From the NCBI GenBank assembly GCA_963827235.1, contig CAWHAE010000010.1, forward strand, positions 896,001 to 960,000: a DNA stretch of 64,000 nt, given 5' to 3'. The position numbers and the translations under genes were made by a program. Below the pieces are notes generated by a model. The model did no database searches. It was not told where the DNA came from and saw only the letters and a program-made list of their open reading frames with translations. Below, piece by piece: positions 17,002 through 27,113 of this stretch (position 1 is the first letter of the stretch; the number at the start of each line of letters is the position of its first letter). The stretch comes from an uncultured bacterium. GTDB lineage: Bacteria; Chloroflexota; UBA5177; JANWHV01.

Positions 17002-18276
17002 CTACGGAATGATGCTGATCAGCGACTGCAGCATATTGTCCGTCGTCGTCACCACCTTGGTATTGGCGTTGAAGCCTTGTTGCGCCTGAATCATCTCGCC
17101 GAATTGCGCCGCGAGGTCGACGTTCGAGCCCTCGAGCTGGCCCGTCGCGATGGTGCCGAGGGTCCCGGATCCTGCCTGGCCGTAGATTGGCTTGCCCGAA
17201 TTGACGCCCTCCTGGTACAGGTTGTTGCCCACGCGTAGCAGATCGTCAACATTGGTGAAGCTCGCCAGGGCGATCTGGCCGACCACTTTGCTCACGCCGT
17301 TGGAGTATACGGCCGTTACCTTGCCGTCGGTGCTGACGCTGTAGCTCGACAGTGTGCCGCCCGCGCTGCCGTCCGAGCTGGCAACGTTCACCTGGGACGT
17401 CGAATCGATCTGCGTCAGCTTGCTGAAGTCGACCGTGACCGTACCGTTCGCCGTGCTGTTCCCGTACGTGATGCTGATCTGCGGCTGCGTGGTAGGCGCG
17501 GTGAGGTTGCCGCTCGTATCGAACGTAAGGCTGCCGGTGCCGTTGGATACCGCGTCGCCGTTGGTGGTGCTGGTCGGCGCGACCGCGTAGGACCATGCGT
17601 TCGCGCCAGTCTTCTGCATGGTCAGTGTCAACTGGTGTGCGGTGCCCTGAGAGTCGTAAACGGTCAGGGTCGTGGTGTAGTTGCCGCCGGTCGCCGCGGT
17701 AGAACCGGAAGCGGCAACGTAGTCGGCCTGGCTAGCGTCGAGATTTCCGGACAGCGTCACATCCGTGGTCGCCGCCACGCTCACGCTGTTCAGCGGCAGC
17801 TTGACCGTGCTCAGAGGGGTGGTGGTGTTGACCGACCCGTCGGCGTTGAGCGTCGTCCATCCCTGAACCGTCAGGCCGGTCGAGCCCGATTCGAGCGATC
17901 CGTCGGGAGCCACGCTGAACGAACCGTCCCGCGTGTAGGAGTGGTTGCCGGTGGTATCACTCATCACGAAGAATCCGCCGCCCTGGATGGCCATGTCGCT
18001 CAGCCGGCCGGTGTCCTCTTCTGTACCCTGCGTGTCGAGCACATTGATTGAACCGCTCCCTACGCCCAGGCCTATCTGCACGGCGTTGGTGCCTTCGAGA
18101 TTACTCGTCGCGGAAGAATCGTTGCTGATCGTCTCGCTGAGCAGATCGGCGAAGTGGATGTCCTGCGTCTTGTACGAGGTGGTGTTGATGTTGCTGATAT
18201 TGTTACCGATCACGTTCATGTACGTCTGATTGGCCTGAAGTCCGGTGAGTGCGTCTGCCAAGCTGTTCAGTGACAC
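17002..18276 (-). CDS. flgE: Flagellar hook protein FlgE
   Basis: IGNNISNINT..YK, DMAIQG.GFF, YTRDGSF, VYDSQG..H.L, LEGSNVDLA.QF..MI.AQ. Confidence 0.96.
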   Translation of the reverse strand: MSLNSLADALTGLQANQTYMNVIGNNISNINTTSYKTQDIHFADLLSETISNDSSATSNLEGTNAVQIGLGVGSGSINVLDTQGTEEDTGRLSDMAIQGGGFFVMSDTTGNHSYTRDGSFSVAPDGSLESGSTGLTVQGWTTLNADGSVNTTTPLSTVKLPLNSVSVAATTDVTLSGNLDASQADYVAASGSTAATGGNYTTTLTVYDSQGTAHQLTLTMQKTGANAWSYAVAPTSTTNGDAVSNGTGSLTFDTSGNLTAPTTQPQISITYGNSTANGTVTVDFSKLTQIDSTSQVNVASSDGSAGGTLSSYSVSTDGKVTAVYSNGVSKVVGQIALASFTNVDDLLRVGNNLYQEGVNSGKPIYGQAGSGTLGTIATGQLEGSNVDLAAQFGEMIQAQQGFNANTKVVTTTDNMLQSLISIIP

Positions 18277-18385
18277 GTTCCAACCCCTCTCATGCTCGTG
18301 CCTTCATCTCTTTCTTCTCCGGCCGCGACCGCCTGCACGAGATCGGTCGCCTGAGAACCATTCGGGCTGGTTCTTCACATCGTCA

Positions 18386-18928
18386 TTACCCTCCCGTGCT
18401 GGAGGTCGCGCTGGTCGACGACGAGGTAGAGGCCGAGGAGCTCGAGCTGCCGACCGCCGTCACTTTGCTCAGAGCGACTGCTTGCCCGCCTATCAGCACA
18501 TCGACGCCACTCGTCAATATCTCCACCCCGCTCACGGTGCCCTGCGTGCTCGTGCTCGTGCCGCTCGTGGAGGACGTGCTCGTATAGGTCACTTGCTGCC
18601 CGATCAGCGAGATCGCCTCATTTGCCTGCGCCGCGCTCAATTCCTGTTGCACACTGGTGTTCAGGTTGATCATTTGCTCCACGGAGTTGAACTGTGCCAG
18701 CTGCGTGATGAATGTGGAGTCGTCCATCGGCGACGTGGGATCCTGATTCTGCAATTGGGCGACCAGGAGCTTGAGAAACGTATCAGTCCCCGATAGGCCG
18801 CTCGACGAGCTGCTCGATGAGCTACTCGACGAGCTGCCCGACGAGGTGGTTGTCGTCGTCAGATTGCTCAACGCTGAAGCGATGGAGGCATCCGTATTGG
18901 TGTTGGTGCTCGATACTGCCGTGCTCAT
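18386..18928 (-). CDS. flgD: Flagellar hook capping protein FlgD
   Basis: FLKLLVAQLQNQDPTSPMD..FITQLAQFNSVEQ. Confidence 0.95.
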   Translation of the reverse strand: MSTAVSSTNTNTDASIASALSNLTTTTTSSGSSSSSSSSSSSSGLSGTDTFLKLLVAQLQNQDPTSPMDDSTFITQLAQFNSVEQMINLNTSVQQELSAAQANEAISLIGQQVTYTSTSSTSGTSTSTQGTVSGVEILTSGVDVLIGGQAVALSKVTAVGSSSSSASTSSSTSATSSTGG

Positions 18929-18976
18929 TCTTACCTGCGTCCCTCTCTGCCCGGGACGACCGGGCGAATGCACTGC

Positions 18977-21514
18977 TCACACGTGAACATCGATGTGCGC
19001 AGCTACAACGCCGAGCCCGGCAGAGCGCCCGATGCGCACGCCGGTACGCGATGCGGTCTGCAGCCCCTGCTGCTGCTGTACCAAATAGCTGCGATCCGCA
19101 TCGGCATTCTGCCGACCTGCCTGGCTATCGCCACCGGAGGTTGAAAAGCCCTGACCGGCGCTGTCCTGCGAGCCGGTCGACTGGCCGCCCATCGAGAAGG
19201 GCGATGAGCCGCCGGCGCTGCCGCCTCGCACGACGACCGTGGCGTGAACCGAGCCACTGCTCGCCGCGTTGAGGGAAGCGACGAGCTCTGCCACGTGTGC
19301 GTGCAACAGCGTCCCCGTCTCGTCGCGCTGAGGAGTAAGCGAAACCTGAAGCCCGTCGTGGCCATGCACTACATTCACGATCACCTGGCCAAGCGACTTT
19401 GGCTCCAGCACAACGCGAAAGCTCGACGAAGAGCCGGAAACATGAAGCGCGGCGTGGCGCACCAGGACGCCATCGACGACAGGCTGGAAGCTCGCCTGGA
19501 CGTCCAGGGCATCGCCGGTCGCCGAGGGCCCGGACCGGTTCGCGCCACCGGTGGTACCGTCCGAAGCCACCAAGAATGCTCCCGCCGGCTGCCCGGTCTG
19601 ACTGGCGTCGGTCGCACGTCTGCCCGCGCTCGAACCGTGGCCTCCGCCGTCTCGCTGCGATAGGTCTCCTGTATCGGCGGAACCGCCACCCTCAGTGGAA
19701 GACTGCCGGGCAACGAATGATCGCAGCGTGTCGGCTCCTGCTTCCGAGATGGCATCTACCCCGGGCGCCAGTCGCGCGGCCTGCTCCTGCTGGGCCGTGG
19801 AGCGTGAAAGTAGCGCGGCGGTCGCGTGGGCCGCGCCCGCCGTCGCGGCCGCCGCTCGAGAGGCCGCCGATGCCGCGGACTGAGGCGTCACGCCCGGCAG
19901 CAGTGCCTGGCCCTGCAGACCGCTCTGCTTGCCAGACGCCGGATCGATGTCGTCCCGTGGCGCGCTCCGGTCGTCGATCGTCTCATTCTGCTGAACAGCC
20001 CCGTCCGTCTGTCCCGTCGACTGCACATTCCGGTGTCGCGCGCCGATCGAATGGTGGCCGGGCGCTTGGTCGTTTCCCAACACAGGAGGAGAGCTCCAGC
20101 CGTATCCCGGCTCTGGGTCGCCCATGCCGTATTCGGACCGCTGACCAAGCGCGTCGATCGCGCTCTGGATGCCGTCGGCAAGCGGGGCTCCGGCAGCGGT
20201 CGCAGATGCACCCGCCGTCAGCAACGCGTCGGCAGAAGCGCTTTCCTCGTCCGCGGCTGCCGCACCGTCCATGGAAGCGGGCGCCATCGCTACCGGCAAG
20301 GTCGCATTGCCGACTTCGCCGTCCTCTGGCAGAGCGGCATCGGCGGTATCGGCTGCGCTGCCAGAGCCGTTATCCTGAGTCAAGGTGGTGCCTGCCGCCT
20401 GCGCGGACCCAGTGGCGGTGTGGAGTTCGTCGGCGAGCTGTTCCGTGAGCGCGGGGACCGGCGCCTCCGCGCCGTCCCAAAGGCCGGGCTGCCGTGGAAG
20501 CGTTATGGTCAGACGGCCGTCCGATCCGAGGTCGTAATACTGCTCGGTGCTCTGGCCCGAGATGGTTGCCTGCCCGCCGAACAACGCGGTGCCGGTTGGG
20601 ACGGGCGATGGAGTCCCTGCTTGGTCCGCAGCGGTGGGCCTGGACGTGCCGGACGCGCCGTTTGTCTCACCGGAAAGCTGCGTCCACACAGATTCTGCGC
20701 ACCCCGCGGCCGCCTGAGCGCCGTCCGACCGCTGGGCGATTCGCGCGCCGAACATCCACGATGATGCGGCTGTCATGCCGATCTGAGCTATTGCACTCTC
20801 GCCGTTTGCCGGCTGGCTGTCGGAGCTGCCGGCGGCCAGCTGACTGCCCGGTGTTGCCTGCGACTGGGATGCTCCGCTTGAGTCGGACGCTGAATCCGTG
20901 CCCGCAAGAGTGGCGTACCACGGCGCGGACGGGCGCGAGGCAGCGGCACCGCCGTTCCCGCTCGTCCCGTCGCCGCTGGAGTCGGCGGGTTGCCGTGGAG
21001 ACGCCGCCGGCGCCGAGGAGCCGGCACTGGTCGTCGTGGACGCGAACCCGGCCAGCCCGATGAGGCGCGCCGTCGAGGCACCGAACGCGGCGCTCGACGC
21101 GGCCGTGATGGTGCTCTCGGCTGTACTGACCGTCTGAGCCTGGGCACTCTCCGGCTGAGTCGAGCAGACCGGTGGCGGCATACCGGTGACGGCGCCCGAC
21201 ATGGTCGCCGCGTCGGTCGGCGCGGAGCCCGGCGTTGCCGCCGGTTGGAATGCAGCCTGCGACGTGGTGTCCGGCGTGGCGGCGTGGTCGGAAGGGGAAT
21301 GATCGTCCTTGCGGCCGTGGGCCGGCCTGGCACCACTGCCCGGGATGTCGCCGGACGCAGATCCGCCGCCGGCGCTGCTCAGTGCATCGCTGAAGCTCGG
21401 CGAAGTTGACGAATCGCCTTCAGTGCCGGTAGCGCCCTGCCCGTCTGAACTGGACGGTCCGGGCGCGGGCGGGGCCTCTGCAACGGCTGTCGCGGCAACC
21501 AGATTCATGTTCAC
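18977..21514 (-). CDS. fliK: Flagellar hook-length control protein FliK (very long)
   Basis: Long Ala/Ser/Gly/Thr-rich disordered region and C-terminal Flg_hook-like LEPKSLGQVIVNV; position just upstream of flgD. Confidence 0.85.
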   Translation of the reverse strand: MNMNLVAATAVAEAPPAPGPSSSDGQGATGTEGDSSTSPSFSDALSSAGGGSASGDIPGSGARPAHGRKDDHSPSDHAATPDTTSQAAFQPAATPGSAPTDAATMSGAVTGMPPPVCSTQPESAQAQTVSTAESTITAASSAAFGASTARLIGLAGFASTTTSAGSSAPAASPRQPADSSGDGTSGNGGAAASRPSAPWYATLAGTDSASDSSGASQSQATPGSQLAAGSSDSQPANGESAIAQIGMTAASSWMFGARIAQRSDGAQAAAGCAESVWTQLSGETNGASGTSRPTAADQAGTPSPVPTGTALFGGQATISGQSTEQYYDLGSDGRLTITLPRQPGLWDGAEAPVPALTEQLADELHTATGSAQAAGTTLTQDNGSGSAADTADAALPEDGEVGNATLPVAMAPASMDGAAAADEESASADALLTAGASATAAGAPLADGIQSAIDALGQRSEYGMGDPEPGYGWSSPPVLGNDQAPGHHSIGARHRNVQSTGQTDGAVQQNETIDDRSAPRDDIDPASGKQSGLQGQALLPGVTPQSAASAASRAAAATAGAAHATAALLSRSTAQQEQAARLAPGVDAISEAGADTLRSFVARQSSTEGGGSADTGDLSQRDGGGHGSSAGRRATDASQTGQPAGAFLVASDGTTGGANRSGPSATGDALDVQASFQPVVDGVLVRHAALHVSGSSSSFRVVLEPKSLGQVIVNVVHGHDGLQVSLTPQRDETGTLLHAHVAELVASLNAASSGSVHATVVVRGGSAGGSSPFSMGGQSTGSQDSAGQGFSTSGGDSQAGRQNADADRSYLVQQQQGLQTASRTGVRIGRSAGLGVVAAHIDVHV

Positions 21515-21540
21515 TCCAAACGTGTCGTATTCAGCGAGCC

Positions 21541-21912
21541 CTACCCGGTTATTGCCGTGTTGAGAATGCCCATGCGGTCGGCAGTGAGCTGGGCAAGTGC
21601 GTCGAACATGATGTTCGTTTCCGAAACCTTGGACATCTGGCTCTCCAGATCAACGCGGTTGCCGTCCTGGGAGGTGGTCAGGTCGGCCGCATTGACAACC
21701 ATGCCCTCGCTGTTAGCGGTAGTCGTGGCTGTACCGCCAAGGATCGACGAGAGTTGATCCTCGAAGCTGACGTCCTGCGCCACGAATCCAGGCGTCTGCG
21801 CGTTGGCAATGTTGTTGGACAGCACTTCCTGGCGTTGGCTCAAACTGTTCAGCGCGAACTGCAATCCCTGCATCGTGGAATCGTTGAACAGGTTGTTCGT
21901 CACGTTGCTCAC
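21541..21912 (-). CDS. flgB: Flagellar basal-body rod protein FlgB
   Basis: RQEVLSNNIANAQTPGF.AQDVSFE, DGNRVDLE.QM. Confidence 0.93.
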   Translation of the reverse strand: MSNVTNNLFNDSTMQGLQFALNSLSQRQEVLSNNIANAQTPGFVAQDVSFEDQLSSILGGTATTTANSEGMVVNAADLTTSQDGNRVDLESQMSKVSETNIMFDALAQLTADRMGILNTAITG

Positions 21913-21941
21913 GCCTGAAATCTCCTTCCCTCGGACGCCGC

Positions 21942-23615
21942 TCAGGGCTGGCCTGAGGAGCTATACTCTTGCTGCAGCTGCATGACCTTCTGGATGTAGT
22001 TCTGGGTCTCGGAATACGGAGGAACGCCGCCATAGGCGGACACTGCTCCCGGCCCAGCATTGTAGGCGGCAAGCGCCAGTTGTTCGTTTCCGGAGTATTG
22101 GTCCAGCAGGGTGCGCAGGTACTGCGAGCCTCCGGCAAGATTCTGCTGCGGATCGAAGCTGTTCGAGACCCCATAGGTGCTCGCCGTGCCGTCCATCAGC
22201 TGCATCAAGCCCTTGGCTCCGGCCGACGACTCCGCGTTGGGATCTCCGCCCGACTCGGCCTGAACGACGGCGGACAGCAGGCTCGCCGAAACTCCGGACG
22301 TCTGTGCGGCCTGCTCGATCAGCGAATTCAGGGCCCCGCCGGCCCACGATCCCGACGTAGCGTCTGCACCGCCCACGCCCGACGTGGACTGCTGCTGGCC
22401 GGCCGCGGTCGGCGATGAGGCAGCTTGACCCGCCTGCGACGCTGCCGCCGACCCGGCCGCCGAGCCATACTGCACCGGCATGAGAGCGATGCCGCCGTAG
22501 CTCTGCAACATGGGCATGATCGGCATCATGTAGATCGGCGTTGTCGAGCTCATCGTCGTGCCCAACGTGCCGCCGGTCTGCAACGTGAGCGGAGTCTGCG
22601 AGGTCGATGTACTACCGTTCAGGTAGGGCGTTGGGTCGACCCACTTACCGTTGACCTCGACGCCAAAGTGGAGATGCGGACCAGTGCTGTTCCCGGTGCT
22701 TCCGGAAAGACCGATCTCTTGGCCCGCCTGGACTGTGTCACCCACCTTCGCGTCGACCTGGGACAGGTGGCCGTAGAGGCTGACAACGCCGTTGCCGTGG
22801 TCGATCATCACCTCGTTGCCGTAGCCTACGTCGGTCCAGCCTGCCGCTATCACCTTCCCCGAAGCTGCGGCCTTCACCTCTGTGCCCTGCGGCAGCCCGT
22901 AGTCGATGCCGGTGTGGAAGTGAGTGTAGCCGTCATATGACGGCTCGGCCGTAAAGTCGGTCGGGCCGTACCCCTGCGTTACGGAATACTGGCCGCTAAA
23001 CGGCATCGCCAAAGAGCTCGAGCCGGTGGCAGCCTGAGGCGCCGCCGCTTGGCTTGTTGCACCGGTGGCCGTTTGCGTGCCTGCGCCACCGGCCACCGCA
23101 AGCCCCATCGGCACTGCCATGACCGGCACGAGCATGTAGGCGACCGGCTGCATGGCCATTGCAGTCCCCAGATACGGATACTGAGCCTGGCTGATTCCTT
23201 GTGTGTTGCCGGTGGCGCTTTGAGCGGGCACTGTTTGCGAGGTCCCAGCCCCGCCGGTATCGGCCGAGGTGCCGGCTGCATTGCTGCCGGCCGTCGAGCC
23301 GCTCGTGGTGCTCGTGGTGCTCGAGGTCGAGCCGCTCGTGGTGCTCGTGGTGCTCGAGGTCGAGCCGCTCGTGGTGCTCGAGGTCGAGTGAGTCGGAGTC
23401 CCGGAGGCGTTGCCGGACGCGTTCGCCTTCGCGGCAGGCTGGCTGGTAGAATCCGCGGCAACCGAGCGCAGGATGTTCTCGAAGTCGCTGGCCGTCGGAG
23501 CGTTGTACGGGATGACCGTCCCAGTCGGGATGAGGGGCGTAGCGTCGTCCGCCCGACCGGCAGTGTGCGCAGACCGGTACGATCGAGAGACGTTGTCAAC
23601 TGATGAGAGGTGCAT
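21942..23615 (-). CDS. M23 peptidase + lytic transglycosylase (SLT) fusion with Ser/Thr-rich N-terminus
   Basis: M23: HTGIDY, YGHL, GSTGNSTGPHLHF; SLT: VQAESGG, S.AGAKGLMQLM, ALAAYNAG, PPYSETQNY; SD GGGAGGG before ATG 23615. Confidence 0.93.
   Translation of the reverse strand: MHLSSVDNVSRSYRSAHTAGRADDATPLIPTGTVIPYNAPTASDFENILRSVAADSTSQPAAKANASGNASGTPTHSTSSTTSGSTSSTTSTTSGSTSSTTSTTSGSTAGSNAAGTSADTGGAGTSQTVPAQSATGNTQGISQAQYPYLGTAMAMQPVAYMLVPVMAVPMGLAVAGGAGTQTATGATSQAAAPQAATGSSSLAMPFSGQYSVTQGYGPTDFTAEPSYDGYTHFHTGIDYGLPQGTEVKAAASGKVIAAGWTDVGYGNEVMIDHGNGVVSLYGHLSQVDAKVGDTVQAGQEIGLSGSTGNSTGPHLHFGVEVNGKWVDPTPYLNGSTSTSQTPLTLQTGGTLGTTMSSTTPIYMMPIMPMLQSYGGIALMPVQYGSAAGSAAASQAGQAASSPTAAGQQQSTSGVGGADATSGSWAGGALNSLIEQAAQTSGVSASLLSAVVQAESGGDPNAESSAGAKGLMQLMDGTASTYGVSNSFDPQQNLAGGSQYLRTLLDQYSGNEQLALAAYNAGPGAVSAYGGVPPYSETQNYIQKVMQLQQEYSSSGQP
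23293..23388. repeat. In-frame tandem repeat (33 bp x2, a 24 bp variant and a partial unit) encoding STTSTTSGSTS
   Basis: GTCGAGCCGCTCGTGGTGCTCGTGGTGCTCGAG repeated. Confidence 0.9.
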
Positions 23616-24075
23616 CGCTTTCCCTCCCGTGATCTGCGAGGCGTGCATAGCGCATCGTCGTGAGCTCGTCCAGTTCCCGATCCATGGCTTGCCTCTCCAG
23701 CTCGTCGAATTCCTCGTGACGCCGTTCGCGGAGTCGCTCCAGCGCCATTCGCCGCTGTGAGGCCTCGCGCAGTGCGTTCCTTGCACGCTGTACCTGCGCG
23801 TCCCACTGTTGGAGCTGTGCCGTGAGCTGTTTGACCTGCTGGACGGTCCGGTCCACGAAAATCAGCTGATTCATGCGGGACGAGGCGTCGACCGGCCCGC
23901 CGTACCACGCGCTATGCTTTGCCGAGCCGTGAAGCAGGTTCGTCATACGTGACAACTCAGCGGCCATCTCGTTCCGTGCCCGGATCATGCGAAAGAGAGC
24001 CAGCTGCGCAGTCTGCTCAAGTCTCTTCCTGTGCTGAAGCGCGACATCGAGTGAGAACCTGAATGCCCTGCTCAT
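23596..24075 (-). CDS. fliJ: Flagellar export protein FliJ
   Basis: FRFSL..AL..R...E start, coiled coil, LERLRERR....LDE; follows fliI. Confidence 0.9.
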   Translation of the reverse strand: MSRAFRFSLDVALQHRKRLEQTAQLALFRMIRARNEMAAELSRMTNLLHGSAKHSAWYGGPVDASSRMNQLIFVDRTVQQVKQLTAQLQQWDAQVQRARNALREASQRRMALERLRERRHEEFDELERQAMDRELDELTTMRYARLADHGRESDAPLIS

Positions 24076-25391
24076 CGTGCTACCGCCTGCAGTGCGCCAA
24101 GCATCTTGGGCCAGGAGCTCGTCTCCTGGGCGTTCTGCCGAAGAAAGCTCAGGATGTTGGGCATCCGGGCAACCGCCTGATCGACCTCCGCGTTGCTCCC
24201 CTGTACGTAGGCGCCGATCTCGAGCAGGTCCTTCGCCGAGCGGTGCGCGGCGAGCCAGGCGCGCACACGCGCCGCGAGCGCCAGGTGCTCTTTGGTTGCC
24301 AGTTGCGGCATGAGTCGCGAGACACTGGCCAGCACGTCCACCGCCGGATAGTGGTTGCCTGCCGCAAGCTCGCGAGTGAGCACAATGTGGCCGTCCAGGG
24401 TCCCGCGCACCGCGTCGGTGATCGGCTCGTTCAGATCGTCACCCTCCACGAGCACCGTGTAGAAGCCGGTGATCGTGCCGCGCTCACCTGAGCCCGCGCG
24501 CTCCAGGAGCAGGGGCAACATAGCGAACACCGAAGGCGTGAAGCCCCGCGTGGTCGGAGGCTCACCAACGGCGAGGCCGATCTCGCGTTGGGCCATGGCG
24601 AAGCGTGTGACGGAGTCCATCATAAACATGACGTGCCGTCCTTCATCGCGAAAGAATTCCGCGATAGATGCTGCAACCCATGCCGCATTGCGGCGCAGGA
24701 GCGCCGACTGGTCCGAGGTAGCGACGACCACTACCGACTTCCTCATGCCTTCGGGGCCCAGGTTGTAGTCGATGAACTCTTTGACTTCGCGGCCGCGCTC
24801 GCCGATCAGGGCGATGACGTTGACGTCGCAGTCGCCGTTGCGCGCGATCATGCCCAGGAAGGTGCTCTTGCCGACCCCGCTTCCGGCGAGAATGCCGAGG
24901 CGCTGGCCGCGTCCGCACACCAGCAGGCCGTCCAGCACGCGCACACCGGTGCTGAGATGCTCGGTAATCGGCATCCTGCGCAGGGGATGGGCGCCCGAGC
25001 CCACCTGCTCGAGGTCGATCCGCCGACCGCGCAATGACCGCCCGTCGTCGATCGGCATGCCGAGCCCGTCGAGCACGCGACCCAGCAAGCTGTCGCCCAC
25101 GACAACCTGGGCGCCGTGCCCGAGAGCGATAGCGCGGCTGCCGGCGGCGATGCCGTTCGGATCGGCGAATGGCATGAGAATCGTCCTGTTGGCGCGGAAG
25201 CCCACAACCAGGCAGAGCACTGATTGACCGGCGTCGATCACGACCTGCTGGCCGATCGAAGCCGAGAGACCCTCGACTTCCACGGTCAGGCCGATCGCGG
25301 CACTCACCGCACCGGAATGCTCGGTTGCGCGACACGACCCCGCCAGCCCCTGTAGCCGGGGCAGCGCGCTAGCAGGCACTGAGGTGATCAT
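24072..25391 (-). CDS. fliI: Flagellar export ATPase FliI
   Basis: GQRLGILAGSGVGKST, IGERGREV, MDSVTRFAMAQREIGL..GEPP, LDGHIVL. Confidence 0.97.
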   Translation of the reverse strand: MITSVPASALPRLQGLAGSCRATEHSGAVSAAIGLTVEVEGLSASIGQQVVIDAGQSVLCLVVGFRANRTILMPFADPNGIAAGSRAIALGHGAQVVVGDSLLGRVLDGLGMPIDDGRSLRGRRIDLEQVGSGAHPLRRMPITEHLSTGVRVLDGLLVCGRGQRLGILAGSGVGKSTFLGMIARNGDCDVNVIALIGERGREVKEFIDYNLGPEGMRKSVVVVATSDQSALLRRNAAWVAASIAEFFRDEGRHVMFMMDSVTRFAMAQREIGLAVGEPPTTRGFTPSVFAMLPLLLERAGSGERGTITGFYTVLVEGDDLNEPITDAVRGTLDGHIVLTRELAAGNHYPAVDVLASVSRLMPQLATKEHLALAARVRAWLAAHRSAKDLLEIGAYVQGSNAEVDQAVARMPNILSFLRQNAQETSSWPKMLGALQAVAR

Positions 25392-26040
25392 CGAAGTACG
25401 ACCTGATGCGTGCGAGCTGCTTCTCAATAGTCGCATCGACGCGGCCTGCGCCGCTCTCTATCATGCAGCCGCCCTGCGACACTGCCGGATCTGCCACCAC
25501 GAATACCTCCACGCTAGCGGGAAGACCGAGGTTGAGCCGCTGATCCTCGAGCACCTGCACGTCGAGAGGATTTACCCGGATGGCCACCGATGAATCGGTG
25601 CTCAACTCGCTCAACGCGCCGCGCACCACATAGAGCACCGTGTCCGGTGACACGCTCGCCTCCCGACGCAACACGGCGCGCGCAACCTCCATCACCAGAG
25701 TGAGCGCAGTCTCATCCGCGTTGCGCATGCTCTTTTCGCGGTCCTGGGCAGCGGCAGCGACCATTTGCGACAGGCTCTGCAGTAGCGGGGCGCGGTCAGC
25801 CTGGGCCTGGGCCGAGCCGGCCTGGTATCCAAGCTCCCAAGCGCGGTTGCTCTCGGCCATGCCCATTGCCTGCCCCGAGGCGATGATCTCACGTGCTTGT
25901 CCGCGGGCGTTGAGAAGAATCTTCGCGGCGCGCGTCCTGGCTCGGCCTTCTTCGCCCGGCAGATGGCCATTCCCCTGCACCGCCGCGGGAACGGTGCTGT
26001 GAACGAGGACCTGGTTTGTACGTCCGACGATTCTAGCCAC
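25369..26040 (-). CDS. fliH: Flagellar assembly protein FliH
   Basis: IRVNPLD, GGCMIES..GRVDA.IE.QL; between fliG and fliI. Confidence 0.92.
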   Translation of the reverse strand: MARIVGRTNQVLVHSTVPAAVQGNGHLPGEEGRARTRAAKILLNARGQAREIIASGQAMGMAESNRAWELGYQAGSAQAQADRAPLLQSLSQMVAAAAQDREKSMRNADETALTLVMEVARAVLRREASVSPDTVLYVVRGALSELSTDSSVAIRVNPLDVQVLEDQRLNLGLPASVEVFVVADPAVSQGGCMIESGAGRVDATIEKQLARIRSYFDDHLSAC

Positions 26041-26093
26041 GACTGCGGCTCCCCAGGGTCACGCCACGAGTGGCGCCAACGTTGCCAACCACC

Positions 26094-27113
26094 TTAAACG
26101 AGCACATCGTCCGCGCCTCGGGAGACCATGATCTCCTCCTCGTCTTCGAGTCGCCGGACCACGTCCACGATGCGCTGCTGCGCCTCCTCGACAGTTCGCA
26201 TGCGCACCGGCGGGCTGTTCTGGATCTCTTCCTGCACGCTCGCCGCGGCACGCTGGGACATGTTCTTGTACACCCTCTCACGAAGCTGATCGGTAGCGCC
26301 GCGGAGAGCGATCGAGAGGTCGCGGTTGTCTACCTCTCGCAGCACGAGCTGGATGCTCCGGTCGTCGAGCATGGTGAGGTTTTCAAACACGAACATCTGT
26401 TGCTTGATCGTGGCCGCGAGCTCGGGCTCCAGCTGATCGAGCTGGCCCATGATTGAATGCTCGGTAGAGCGGTCGACCTGCGTGAGAACCTTGACCAGGT
26501 AGTCTATGCCGCCGGTCTTCGTACGGGACTCAGTGTCGAGCACGGAGGATAGCCGCTTTCTGAACGCCGTTTCGACGTTGGAGACCATGGTAGGATCCAC
26601 GGAGTCCATATTGGCGAGACGAAGGCTGACCTGGGCCTGCAACTTTTCAGGCAGCATGGCCAGAATCGCCGCGGATTGGGTAGCGGTAAGGTATGACAAT
26701 GCCAGGGCTACGATTTGCGGGTGCTCCGTGTGCAAGAACTGTGACAGCTGAATCGGCTCCACGTCGGCGAGATAGTGAAAGGGCTGCGACTTTATCTTGT
26801 TGAGCAGCTTGGTGATGATCTCTTCGGCGCGCTCCGTGCCCACGGCCTCGGCGAGCAGCGAGCGGGCGTATTCCACGCCGCCCTTCGCGATGTATTCCTG
26901 GGCGCTGACCTGTGCATTAGCTTCCCGCAGCACGGAGTCGAGCACGTCGGCCGGAAGGTCCTCCGCTTTCAGAAGCCGAGTTGTGAGGCGCTCCAGGTAG
27001 CTCTCCTCGAGGCATCGGAGCACTCTCGCCGAGTCGTCGGAAGGCAACGCCAGTAGCAGACCTGCCGCCTTGTCGATCCCCTTCATATCGTCGAAGCGCT
27101 TTGCAGTTGCCAT
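26094..27113 (-). CDS. fliG: Flagellar motor switch protein FliG
   Basis: KAAGLLL.L, GGVEYA, EHPQ, MFVFENL, NMSQRA, VEEAQ. Confidence 0.97.
   Translation of the reverse strand: MATAKRFDDMKGIDKAAGLLLALPSDDSARVLRCLEESYLERLTTRLLKAEDLPADVLDSVLREANAQVSAQEYIAKGGVEYARSLLAEAVGTERAEEIITKLLNKIKSQPFHYLADVEPIQLSQFLHTEHPQIVALALSYLTATQSAAILAMLPEKLQAQVSLRLANMDSVDPTMVSNVETAFRKRLSSVLDTESRTKTGGIDYLVKVLTQVDRSTEHSIMGQLDQLEPELAATIKQQMFVFENLTMLDDRSIQLVLREVDNRDLSIALRGATDQLRERVYKNMSQRAAASVQEEIQNSPPVRMRTVEEAQQRIVDVVRRLEDEEEIMVSRGADDVLV

Noticed and set aside
23293-23388. Short direct repeats as a possible CRISPR array
   Set aside because: No spacers, in-frame within a CDS, encode a Ser/Thr linker; no cas genes seen
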